A stretch of DNA of 64,000 nt, from NCBI GenBank assembly GCA_963794945.1, contig CAWCFT010000011.1, forward strand, positions 98,474 through 162,473. The letters are read 5' to 3'. This DNA comes from Endomicrobiales bacterium (lineage in GTDB: Bacteria; Elusimicrobiota; Endomicrobiia; Endomicrobiales; CAWCFT01). Made by a program: the position numbers and the translations under genes. Every line of letters begins with the position of its first letter. Position 1 is the first letter of the stretch. Under the pieces are notes generated by a model that saw only the letters and a program-made list of their open reading frames with translations, did not search any database and was not told where the DNA came from. Positions 43,208 to 52,828 of the stretch are shown here, in pieces.

Positions 43208-44596
43208 TTATTTCTTATGGTGCTGGTGCGGGTAGTATTCCGGCAGATGTTCTTTTATCTGATCAAGCATTTCATCATCCGAAATAACATTCACCCTTCC
43301 GGCTGCGAACTGCTCATCAATCCACTCTTTTATCTTGACAACACCAGAGTCAGATTTATCAACTTTCTTGCCGTGCGGCAGCGGTATCTGAGTATTGATC
43401 CAGAAAGCTATACCGGCAAGGCCGGAGCGGTCGGTAAGCGCCACATCCGGCGGGCGCTTCAAAATATTCTGCGTGTCAAAAACGTTGTATATCTCTTCGT
43501 CTTTAAGAAGCCCGTCGGCGTGAATACCAGCGCGCGTAACGTTGAAATGCGCACCAACAAACGGCTGCATCACTGGTATCTTGTAGCCTATTTTTTCTTC
43601 AAAATAACGCGCGATCTCTGTAATAACAGCGAGGTCCATACCGTTCTTGTCGCCTCTTAAGGCTATATATTCTATTGCCAGAGCCTCGACAGGCGTGTTG
43701 CCGGTCCGCTCACCAATGCCGAGCAGCGTGCCGTTGATGCCGCAGCAGCCGTAAAGCCAGGCAAAAGTCGCGTTGGTCAGGCCGCGGTGAAAATCATTGT
43801 GGCCGTGCCACTCTATCCACTCCGAAGGCACACCGGCAAGCTGGGTTAGCCCGTACATTATGCCGTTGACGTTCCGGGGAAGAGCCGCTCCCGGGTAGGC
43901 GACGCCGAAACCAAGCGTGTCACAGGCGCGGATCTTTATGGGAACCTTTGCTTCCTTTGAGAGCTTCATAAGCTCGCTTGCGAAAGGCACCACAAAACCG
44001 TAAAAATCGGCCCTGGTTATGTCTTCAAAGTGGCAACGAGGTATTATTCCCTCAGCAAGCGCAGCTCGGACTATATCGAGATACATCTCAAGCGCCTCAC
44101 TGCGCGTTTTTTTGAGCTTTAAAAATATGTGGTAATCGGAACAAGATGTGAGTATGCCCGTTTCTTTCAGTCCCATTTCTTTTACGAGATGGAAATCGCT
44201 TTTTGTCGCCCGGATCCAGGACGTGATCTCTGGAAAACGGTAGCCTCTTTCCTGGCATTTCTTGAGCGCCTTCTTATCTTTATCTGAATAAAGAAAAAAT
44301 TCCGTTTGTTTGATAACACCGTTAGGGCCGCCGAGCCTGTGCATCAGGTCGTAGAGGTCCACAATCTGCTCGACGGAAAAAGGCGGAAGCGCCTGCTGGC
44401 CGTCCCTGAAAGTGGTATCTGTGATCCATATCTCTTCCGGCGGGTTCATAGGAACGACGCGGTTATTGAACGGGATCTTGGGTATGTCCGTGTAAGGAAA
44501 TATGTCCCTGAAAAGGTTGGGATCTTTCGTTTCCTGAAGCTCGTAATGGTATTCTTCAGGTTCGAGGGTTCTTCTGTGCTTGTTAAAGCGAAGCAT
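43208..44596 (-). CDS. Citrate (Re)-synthase (DRE-TIM/IPMS superfamily)
   Basis: PNLFRDIFPY...IWITDTTFRDGQQ, RCHFEDITRAD, EWHGHNDF, GIGERTGN, TRAGIHADG; no IPMS regulatory domain. Confidence 0.8.
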   Translation of the reverse strand: MLRFNKHRRTLEPEEYHYELQETKDPNLFRDIFPYTDIPKIPFNNRVVPMNPPEEIWITDTTFRDGQQALPPFSVEQIVDLYDLMHRLGGPNGVIKQTEFFLYSDKDKKALKKCQERGYRFPEITSWIRATKSDFHLVKEMGLKETGILTSCSDYHIFLKLKKTRSEALEMYLDIVRAALAEGIIPRCHFEDITRADFYGFVVPFASELMKLSKEAKVPIKIRACDTLGFGVAYPGAALPRNVNGIMYGLTQLAGVPSEWIEWHGHNDFHRGLTNATFAWLYGCCGINGTLLGIGERTGNTPVEALAIEYIALRGDKNGMDLAVITEIARYFEEKIGYKIPVMQPFVGAHFNVTRAGIHADGLLKDEEIYNVFDTQNILKRPPDVALTDRSGLAGIAFWINTQIPLPHGKKVDKSDSGVVKIKEWIDEQFAAGRVNVISDDEMLDQIKEHLPEYYPHQHHKK

Positions 44597-44744
44597 TTTA
44601 CTCTCCGTTTACATCCGATATACTATAATTGTTGTAAATTATATCTCTTTATGAACAAAATATCAATCCCGGTTTCGGGTTCGCGCCTCATTTTTTCATC
44701 GCTATGCAAACAAACCTGGCAATGATATAATTTCTGTAAATTCC

Positions 44745-46238
44745 TTACGCATCTTTTACTTTATCTATAATATTTTCAAGCCCCAATAGTTCACCGCAAG
44801 TCAACACTGACGTAATCGTCACGCCCAACAAACCGTGCAAAAGCACGTTTTGCCCGGTCAGATATAGATTAGAAAGTTTCGTGCGGGGTGAGAGAAGTGT
44901 CCTCAGCGGGTCGCCACTGCTTTTTAGGACTCCGTACAGAGCCCCATTGATAGTGCCGGTATGGTCTCTTAGCGTTAACGGCGTTGACGCTGTATAAGAA
45001 CGTATATTATCCCTAAACCCCGGCCGCTTCTTTTCTATGTAAGATATTAATATTTCAGCTTTTTTTCTTTTGAAAGCTTCGTACTCATCGCCGCGTTCTC
45101 CGGTTTTCGTGCCTTGCCACTTTTTCACTTCCGCAAAATTCATGTAAGCCATAACGCTGAGCGAATCAGCATATCTACTATCAGCTTCCCGCGCAGGAAA
45201 TGAGATCATGCAGCTTTTCAGGCCAGACGCCTTTGCCGTAGTCAGCGGCGTCCCACACGTTTTCGTCAGAGCTGTAAAAATAGTTACAACCATCATTTTT
45301 TGTCGCATTTTTTTTAAGTGTGATATAAAGAATGAACGCAGAGCTGGTGTTTTCCAATCCCATTACCCTCTCTTTAAACAGCCCGCCGGAATTCGATCCT
45401 TCTATCATACCAACGGCCAATCCGGGATGTATATCGGCAATGAAGTTATCCGCCTCAATTATCCGAAAATCCTTAAGGCAAACGTCTTTGACTTTTCCAC
45501 CGTGAGCCTTGATGCTGACCACTTCGCTATCGGTCAATACCTCACCGCCGGCATTCCTAATCGAACTCACGAGCAGTTCCGACACCTGTCCGCTGCCGCC
45601 GCGAAACTTCCAAGCGCTTTGGATGAACGAGTCCGTTATTAACGCGTGAACATATAGTGGTGTTTCGCCGATACCCGCGTAAAGCAGGTTGCCGCCAGCC
45701 AGCACAGCGCGCAGCTTCTGATTTTTTGTGACAGAATCAATGAATCCGCGGGCGCTGACATACATATCCTTTTGCTTGAGCATGTCAGGCTTTCCGGCCT
45801 TGATGTTATAAAGCGGAAATTCTTCGCATGTTTCCTTTATTGTTTTAATATATTCTTTCAGCGCGCCGCGTTCCGATGGAAATTGTTTAGCGAGAGAGAC
45901 AACGAAATTATCATGCCCCATAGCTATCTTGTATTCGTCGTCGGCATTCATGAACGATATCCGGTCAAAACCGTTCTCGTCCATGCGTTCAGCTTTAACC
46001 CTATCCGCCAGCCCAAAATACTTAAAATACTGCCTGAGGTTCTGTCCCTTATCATAGCCTCCAAAATAGTACACACAGCTGTCAAAAGAGAGCCGTCATA
46101 CTTAAACGTTTGCAGACACCCCCCAATAGACGTGTTCTTTTCCAAAACGCACACCTTGAAACCCTCTTTACTTAGGATATAACCGCAAAGAAGGCCGCCT
46201 AATCCGCCCCCAATGATAACCGTCTCGTACTTTTTCAT
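44745..46238 (-). CDS. FAD-dependent oxidoreductase, phytoene desaturase / retinol 13,14-reductase family; two frameshifts (~46075, ~45200)
   Basis: IIGGGLGGL...LEKN..IGGC Rossmann motif; STPLTLRD..GALYG; NLYLTGQ...HGLLGV. Confidence 0.85.
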
Positions 46239-46308
46239 GTTTTTTGTACAGGCCTATGTTATGTGATTGATATAAATATTTCGGAAGCGTTATAATTTTG
46301 AAAAGCTT

Positions 46309-46554
46309 TCAGTCGGATTTTTTGCTCGAGATGAATTCGCAGAGGTCACTTACAGTTTTGATCTTCGCCATATCCTCAACTTCAGCCTTTATACCGAAAT
46401 TGCGCTCAAGCGCAACAAGCAGGTCAATGATATCCAAGCTGTCTATCTGGAGATCCTTTATCAATTCGGCACCGGGTTTGATGTGTTCTTTTTTTATCTC
46501 AAAATGGCGGGTTAGTATCTTGATTATTTTAGCAGTTATTTCTTTTTTTTCCAT
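46309..46554 (-). CDS. Acyl carrier protein
   Basis: DLQIDSLD phosphopantetheine motif, 81 aa. Confidence 0.9.
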   Translation of the reverse strand: MEKKEITAKIIKILTRHFEIKKEHIKPGAELIKDLQIDSLDIIDLLVALERNFGIKAEVEDMAKIKTVSDLCEFISSKKSD

Positions 46555-46673
46555 TGCCGTTCCGATATTGAAAGAAACTACTTTTAACGATTCCAGTCAA
46601 AATACATATTAATTTATCAGCGGTTTATTGATTGTTACTGCTGGTATTTTGAAAGAATAGATTCTTATGCCGG

Positions 46674-47668
46674 CTATGAGAGCAGGTCTACTGTCATCAA
46701 ATAAAATTCATACAGATATTTTATTCTTGAGAAGATATCGGCTGTATTCATGCTTTGGGAATCTGCCGTATGAAGAGGCAGGTCGAGCAATAGCAGTTTT
46801 TTGTTCTTTGATGGGCTGTTCTGGTACAATTTAATGCTCTCGTAGTACGGCACCATCGCATCGTCCTTGCAATGAACGATCGTCATCTTACAGTTATACT
46901 TTCCAATGTAGTTAATAGGAGAAAGTTCACTGATGCGCTTTTTGAACCTTTCCGAAAGAGCGCCAAACAGCTCATTATACTTCAAATACTTCTGATTCTT
47001 TAGCAATGCATACGCGCTCTTTTCTTCTGCGTTTAACCCGGAAGAGTCGTTCTTTTTGAGCGCTGACAGAAAACCTAAACGCCTGCTTGGAGGCAGTATT
47101 TCGGCGAAATTCTCGTAATAAACTTCTGCGATGTCACGTATAGCCTGTATGTAGAAAAGCTCTTTTTTCCCTGGTATCGGGTAATAGCCGCAGATATTGT
47201 AGGCGATCATACTTTTCATGTCGGCAAAGCTGTCAAAGAGATACATAAAATCAACATTACCGCCAGTTTATTGAGCGCAAGGAACACAGGTGCGTTTGAA
47301 AAACAGAACGTGAAAACTCCTTTTGGAACCCCGGGAAAAGACCTGGTCATCTCTTCGTAAGAAGCTGTTACAGCCGCTGTTTCATTCTGACCAAGTATAA
47401 GCTTGCTCAAACCGTCTATTTGCGGGACTACCACGGCGCACCCATTCTTTGCAAGTTCTTTTGAATAGATATCAAGAAGCTTGTCATCGCTGTCAAGTAA
47501 ACCATTGACAAGCATCAAAGCTCTCTTAACATTATTTTTGTTTTCAGGAATATACAGCTTATAGTGCGGATTCGCCTGATCGACCAGACTGACAGTTACA
47601 CCCTTTATGTCGGTATTTTGCGTTAAAAATACTGTAATTACAACGATTAATGCATTAAAATAAATCAT
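46674..47668 (-). CDS. Alpha/beta hydrolase-like protein; frameshift near 47250
   Basis: LMLVNG, AVVVPQ, elbow TFCFS, IVHCKDDAMVP, LH. Confidence 0.55.
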
Positions 47669-47719
47669 TCTGCAGTCTCCAAATATATTACTTGTTTACC
47701 TGTCAACGTTAATAATATA

Positions 47720-47791
47720 TGGCAGGGGTGGGATTTGAACCCACGACCAACGGCTTATGAGTCCGCTGCTCTACCACTGAGCTACCCTGCC
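47720..47791 (-). tRNA. tRNA with CAT anticodon, probably elongator Met; CCA not encoded
   Basis: GGCAGGGTAGCTCAGTGGTAGAGCAGCGGACTCATAAGCCGTTGGTCGTGGGTTCAAATCCCACCCCTGCCA; G2-C71, C3-G70 and A73 favour Met over Ile2. Confidence 0.93.
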
Positions 47792-47806
47792 AACTATAAA
47801 AAAACA

Positions 47807-47875
47807 ATTACAAACTACAAATCCCAAACTACAGATTGAACCCCTTACAACTTGTCCAAATTTATAATATGTAAT
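47807..47875. repeat. Degenerate TTACAAA heptamer element
   Basis: TTACAAA CTACAAA TCCCAAA CTACAGA TT ... TTTATAA TATGTAA. Confidence 0.6.
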
Positions 47876-47879
47876 AATC

Positions 47880-48260
47880 TTACTCTTGAATCTGTAAAAC
47901 TATTTTAATTATGCTGCGCCTTGAAACTATGCCAACCATTCTACCATTTTCAAGTATCGGAACACGGCGTATCTGCTTTTCGCCCATAACCAGCGCTATC
48001 TTATCAAGTTCAGCTTCCGGCGGAAAACTTATTATGTGCGTCGACATTGCTTCTTTGACCTTTGTATCTTTGATGTTTCCGGAAAAAATGAAATTGAGTA
48101 TGTCTTTTTCGGAGACCATCCCTACTACGTTCCCCTCTTTGTCACAAACCGGCATCCCGCTGATCTTATTTTCAACCAGCCGGTGTATCGCTTCTTCAAG
48201 TCCGGTCTCCGGATCGATCGTGATAACTTCTTTTGTCATCACATCTTTTGCTTTGAGCAT
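47880..48260 (-). CDS. Stand-alone CBS domain pair protein
   Basis: AKDVMT...ISGMPV...GMVSEKD; VKEAMS...IRRVPI...GIVSR. Confidence 0.9.
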   Translation of the reverse strand: MLKAKDVMTKEVITIDPETGLEEAIHRLVENKISGMPVCDKEGNVVGMVSEKDILNFIFSGNIKDTKVKEAMSTHIISFPPEAELDKIALVMGEKQIRRVPILENGRMVGIVSRRSIIKIVLQIQE

Positions 48261-48323
48261 TCTGGCCTCCCTGTCTGAACGGTTATCCCGTCCCGCAGAA
48301 GCGTGCGTCGCTACGCGCTCCGC

Positions 48324-48812
48324 TTATTTTAATTCTCTGAACTCCACTTCCCTGCCGGGAAGCTCCAGTGTAGCAACAGTACTTTTTCCGTACAGCCAGC
48401 CGCCGCACTCTCCGGGATTAACTATAAGCGTATGCCCAATGATACGTTCCTCAAATTTGTGTGTATGGCCGAAAACGATTATTCCGTAACGGCCGCTTTC
48501 CGCCAGTGCTTCGATCTGCCTCGGCTCGTGCATCAGGAGAAGCTTTTCGCCTTCAACTATTGTCTCGTAATAGCCTTCGAAAATCTCGCCCCAACCGGCT
48601 ATCTTGTCGTACCACATCCGTTTCTCGCCATCATTATTGCCGAAAACCGCATAGAACTTCGACTTGAGCCTTTTTAATTCGTTAGAACAGAACGGGGATA
48701 TTATATCTCCGGCGTGGAACACTAAATCGACTTTGCGGCCGTTGAAATAATCGACTGCTTTCTTTATCTGCGGAACATTATCATGGCTGTCTGACATCAA
48801 ACCTATAAGCAT
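48324..48812 (-). CDS. YfcE/MJ0936 family metallophosphoesterase
   Basis: SDSHDN, HAGD, GNND, GHTH, NPGE. Confidence 0.92.
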   Translation of the reverse strand: MLIGLMSDSHDNVPQIKKAVDYFNGRKVDLVFHAGDIISPFCSNELKRLKSKFYAVFGNNDGEKRMWYDKIAGWGEIFEGYYETIVEGEKLLLMHEPRQIEALAESGRYGIIVFGHTHKFEERIIGHTLIVNPGECGGWLYGKSTVATLELPGREVEFRELK

Positions 48813-48824
48813 ATTGATGCTATC

Positions 48825-49049
48825 TTATTCAACGGCTTCTATCTTTTTTATCTCAGGGACTTCCTGCTTTAGTATACGGGTTATCCCCTGCTGCATCGTT
48901 ATGGTTGACATAGGGCAGCATCCGCAGGCTCCCTTAAGTCTTAATTTTACTGTTCCGTCCGCTGTGACATCGACAAGCTCAACATCCCCTCCATCTGCCT
49001 GAAGGTGCGGCCTGACCTTTTCCAGAGCTTTTAATACTTTTTCTTTCAT
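48825..49049 (-). CDS. NifU/NfuA-like Fe-S carrier
   Basis: VRPHLQADGGDVEL...GACGCCPMS; GGAG before MKEKV. Confidence 0.92.
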   Translation of the reverse strand: MKEKVLKALEKVRPHLQADGGDVELVDVTADGTVKLRLKGACGCCPMSTITMQQGITRILKQEVPEIKKIEAVE

Positions 49050-49062
49050 TTTATTACTCCTT

Positions 49063-49431
49063 TTATTTGAGTATCTCGTTTGCCTTATTAATAAGAACAT
49101 CTATCTCAAATGGTTTTGGCAGGAACAGTTTTACCTGCTCTATCTTATCGAACAGCGTTTTTGAAGCTGGCATAGCCGTCATAACTATGATTGGGAGGCT
49201 CTTGGTCGTGTCGTCTTGGCTGAGTTGCAACGCTAGAGAATACCCGTCTATACCAGGCAAAAGCACATCCAGTACCAGCAGGTCTGGATTCTTTGTCTTA
49301 ATTATCGCCGCTAGACGCGAACCGTGAGTAGTCGTGATAACGGAGTAGCCTTCCCGCTCAAAAGCCGTCTTTATAAGTTCGATGATCTCTTCTTCGTCAT
49401 CAGCAATAAGTATTTTTTTAGGCACCGGCAC
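49063..49431 (-). CDS. Single-domain response regulator (exact GTG start uncertain)
   Basis: ILIADDE, LVLDVLLP, KPF. Confidence 0.85.
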   Translation of the reverse strand: MPVPKKILIADDEEEIIELIKTAFEREGYSVITTTHGSRLAAIIKTKNPDLLVLDVLLPGIDGYSLALQLSQDDTTKSLPIIVMTAMPASKTLFDKIEQVKLFLPKPFEIDVLINKANEILK

Positions 49432-49837
49432 TCTCCAGTATTTTCTGTATTTCAAGCGGTATTCGAACCGGTTTCATCAGACTGTTAACGAACGGATGTT
49501 TGGTTTTCCCATCAGCCAGTGGTTTGCCTTCAAGCGCCAATTCGTAAAAGAATTCCAGGCTGCAAGCACCTGACACAGAAACCTTAGTCCGAACGGTTAT
49601 CAGGTCGTCATATTTGGCCGGAGCCCTGTACCTGCAGGAAGCTTCAACAACAGGCAAGTATAACCCCTTTTCTTCGAGGGTTCTGTACGCAAGACCCTTG
49701 AATCTGAGCCACTCTGTGCGCCCTCTTTCGAAATAGACAAAATAATTCGCGTAATATACCATACCCATCTGATCGGTATCTGCGTACGGAATTCTAATAT
49801 TAATTTCAGATTCTTTCTGTTCTGAGATATTTTCCAT
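49418..49837 (-). CDS. Acyl-CoA thioesterase (YbgC/4HBT family)
   Basis: YADTDQMGMVYYANYFVYFERGR, PAKYDD. Confidence 0.9.
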   Translation of the reverse strand: MENISEQKESEINIRIPYADTDQMGMVYYANYFVYFERGRTEWLRFKGLAYRTLEEKGLYLPVVEASCRYRAPAKYDDLITVRTKVSVSGACSLEFFYELALEGKPLADGKTKHPFVNSLMKPVRIPLEIQKILESAGA

Positions 49838-50015
49838 CTTAATTGCCATCTTGCATTTTAGAACTAATCCTAAATTAGCCAACTTACGTCCGCATTTGAA
49901 CTGTCATTATTAGATGTAAAACAAATGAAATTCAAATAATTTTGCGTTTAGCCTGATAATTATAAATAATTTCTAGTGTTTAGTCAAGCGGTTCGGCTTC
50001 ATATTCAAAAAATGA

Positions 50016-50044
50016 TTGACAAAATATATATTTTCTTGTATAAT
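50016..50044 (+). promoter_or_regulatory. Consensus sigma70 promoter of the TolC-RND operon
   Basis: TTGACA (50016)-17bp-TATAAT (50039). Confidence 0.75.
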
Positions 50045-50057
50045 TGTAACGATAAAA

Positions 50058-51473
50058 ATGAAAAATTTCAGGCCGTTTTCCACCCTTATTTTGTGTCTTT
50101 CCATCGTATCGAGCCTGTTCGCGTCCAATGATAATTTCCTGGATACCTGCCTAAAAATCGCCCAATCAAGGGACAAAAAACTTGCGGTCGCGGAGGAGCA
50201 AGTAAACCTTTCAAAGCTGCGGGTAATGAGATCAGGCAGAGCATTTTTCCCGGCACTGTCTTTGGAAAATCAATATACCAAAGGCAAAACCATGTATTCT
50301 GATACAACCATCGGCGCCAGCCCGCAAGACTATGAGTCTGAATCACAAGGGCTGCAACTCTCGTTGCCGCTTTATGAAGGTGGCAGGATAAAATCGACGT
50401 ATAAATATGACTCCCTGCTAGCAGAATCTTCTAAATTCAACTACACGAAAGCCAGAGAAGAACTTTTTTACAATATTAAGCTTGCATATTATGAATATCA
50501 GTCATTGAAAATGGAATACGCCGCACTCGCAAAAGCTTTTGAAAAAATAGATAATCTTTCAAAAAAAGTTAAGATTGAATACACAGCAAAAGCAATATCC
50601 GAGCTGGACCTTTTTGAGGCCGAAAATTACAGGGATAAGCTGGAGAATCTCTTTCTAAATTCCAAAGACAACCTTGACCTTGCTGAAAAGAAACTTGCAT
50701 ACCTTGTCAACGTTCAAACCCTCGAAGAGATCCCTGCCGAAATGCCGGAAGGGCTGATTGAAAACGTACCTGAAATATCTTTTACGCTCAGCGAATGCAT
50801 TGGTTTCATACCTTTAAACAGCGTAGACTTGAAACTTAACCAGCTTGAGATACTTTCAGCAAAAGAAAAATTGAAGATAAACCGTTCAAAAGCCATACCC
50901 AAAATAGACCTCTCCGGATTTTACGGCAAAAGCGGCGAAGCTTATGTTTCAGCGCCCCTCGAGCTTGCAACCTCATGGAACTTTATGGGAAAACTTACTT
51001 GGACCCTATTCGGCAACACGTTAGAGGTCTCAAATTCTCAAGCAAAGACTAACCCGAATGACTTAATAGAGCCGACAGCGCTCACCGACCAAAATACAAT
51101 CGATACAAAATTAGGGATCGCGGACGACCTGAATTATTTTGTGGATTCAAAAGAAAGCAGGGTCGGCATATTTCAGGCAGAAAGCGAATACAACGAAACA
51201 CTGAACAAGATGACGCTAGCTCTCCAAAAATCATACATCGGCTACACTGATTCGCTAAGAAATGAACGCACGCTTAAAAACGAAATAGATATCAAACAGC
51301 GAAAACTCGCACTACTGGAAAAGAAGAATCAACTTGACGAAGTTCCCACGGTCCAGCTAATGGAAGAAAGCTGGAAATTTGCGGAGACCATAGCATCGTA
51401 CGCAAAAGCCTTATATACAAATTATTCATCTGTTGCTGAAATGGAACGTATGGTTCTCATCTCACTAAGATGA
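50058..51473 (+). CDS. TolC family outer membrane protein
   Basis: Signal peptide, FFPALSL, LSLPLYEGG, IPKIDLSGFYG; OEP repeats. Confidence 0.82.
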   Translation: MKNFRPFSTLILCLSIVSSLFASNDNFLDTCLKIAQSRDKKLAVAEEQVNLSKLRVMRSGRAFFPALSLENQYTKGKTMYSDTTIGASPQDYESESQGLQLSLPLYEGGRIKSTYKYDSLLAESSKFNYTKAREELFYNIKLAYYEYQSLKMEYAALAKAFEKIDNLSKKVKIEYTAKAISELDLFEAENYRDKLENLFLNSKDNLDLAEKKLAYLVNVQTLEEIPAEMPEGLIENVPEISFTLSECIGFIPLNSVDLKLNQLEILSAKEKLKINRSKAIPKIDLSGFYGKSGEAYVSAPLELATSWNFMGKLTWTLFGNTLEVSNSQAKTNPNDLIEPTALTDQNTIDTKLGIADDLNYFVDSKESRVGIFQAESEYNETLNKMTLALQKSYIGYTDSLRNERTLKNEIDIKQRKLALLEKKNQLDEVPTVQLMEESWKFAETIASYAKALYTNYSSVAEMERMVLISLR

Positions 51474-51507
51474 TTTAAACAAATTATTTCACTACTGGAG
51501 GCACAAT

Positions 51508-52771
51508 TTGAATTTCGATGAACTGAAAAACAAATTCGAAGATATCGGTTATATTATTAAAGAGAAATTTGGCCCGTACTACGAAAGTTTTGCAGTTCTT
51601 TCACCAGGAAAAAGGTTAGCTGTCATAACCACTGGCGGCGCCATTGTGCTTTTGTTACTTGGATTAGCTGTCAATGGATTATTCTTCAGCCAAAAAACCG
51701 TAAAAACATCCGACAAGGAGCTCCCCCAGGTCCGCGTGCTGAAGACAGAGATCAAGGATTTTACGGACTCATACACAGTCATGGGCACTATAAAGGGAGC
51801 TGTTGAGAACGAGCTTAGGTTCGAGATAGACGGCGTTCTTGCCACTTTCAATTTCAAGGAAGGCGATAAGATAAGAAAAGGTCAGACAATTTGCTCTCTT
51901 GACCCTAAAGATTCACTTACAAAAGCCGATTATGCCAGGAGCAAGTATTCAAGCGAAAAATCATCGTATTATTCAGCGGTTCAGCGTTTAAAGGTCTATG
52001 AAGAACTTTTCAAATCCAAAGCTATAGCTGAGAGTAAAATAGATGAGGCGCGGTATGAAACACAATCAGCGGAATCAAAAATGAAAGCTGCTCTCTCTGA
52101 ACTTGAGCTTGCCAATTCAAATCTTTCTAAAACCAACCTGCTTGCCCCTTCCGACGGGTTAATTGCTGAAATACTTATAAAGCCTGGAGATTATGTCACT
52201 ACGCAGGATGTCGTCGCAAAGTTCATAAGCGGAGGCCAGAACAAATTTTGAGGTTGACGTTCCTGAAAAAGATGTGGAAAAAATCAAGGCCGGACAAAAA
52301 GTAAAAATAAACTGCGATTCTTACCCTGGTAAAGATTTCTTTGGGACTGTTATTGAGATAGCGCCTACGGTAAAAGAAAGAACACGCACCACCACGGTTA
52401 AAATTTCCGTGCCGAACACAGAAGGCCAGCTCCGTTCAGGCATGTTCGGCAGAGGCAGCATTTTCCTTGTCGAGCTACAAAATGTCATGCTTGTCCCCAC
52501 GGATTCCGTAATAACGCTCGGCGCGAGTACTTACTTGATCCCTGTTTTAAAGCCCGATGCCAAACAAATAGGTGAAGGATTGATCGAAATGAGGCATATT
52601 AAAGTAGGCATGAAAACAACCACACAACAGATTATTGTCGAAAGCGGTTTATCAAAAGATGAATTTATAGTTGCGGAGACTCAAGGGCAGCTGAGCGATG
52701 GCATAAGGGTTAAATATATGGAGATCGTAACAGATAACAAGGCTGCAGCGGGATCTGGTACACCCGAATAA
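51508..52771 (+). CDS. RND periplasmic adaptor (MFP); frameshift near 52240
   Basis: TM anchor, FKEGDKIRKGQ, LLAPSDGLI, LRSGMFG, VPTDSV. Confidence 0.88.
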
Positions 52772-52828
52772 TTTATAAATATTCATTTAGGCTTGTCGAA
52801 AAGCGTTTAGACCATAGAGTAATTTACT

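Noticed and set aside
43208..44596. leuA (2-isopropylmalate synthase)
   Set aside because: It lacks the regulatory domain and leu context; the N-terminal extension and FRDGQQ motif fit Re-citrate synthase better.
44700..47791. Integrative element at tRNA-Met
   Set aside because: No integrase, and I saw no duplicated tRNA 3' end.
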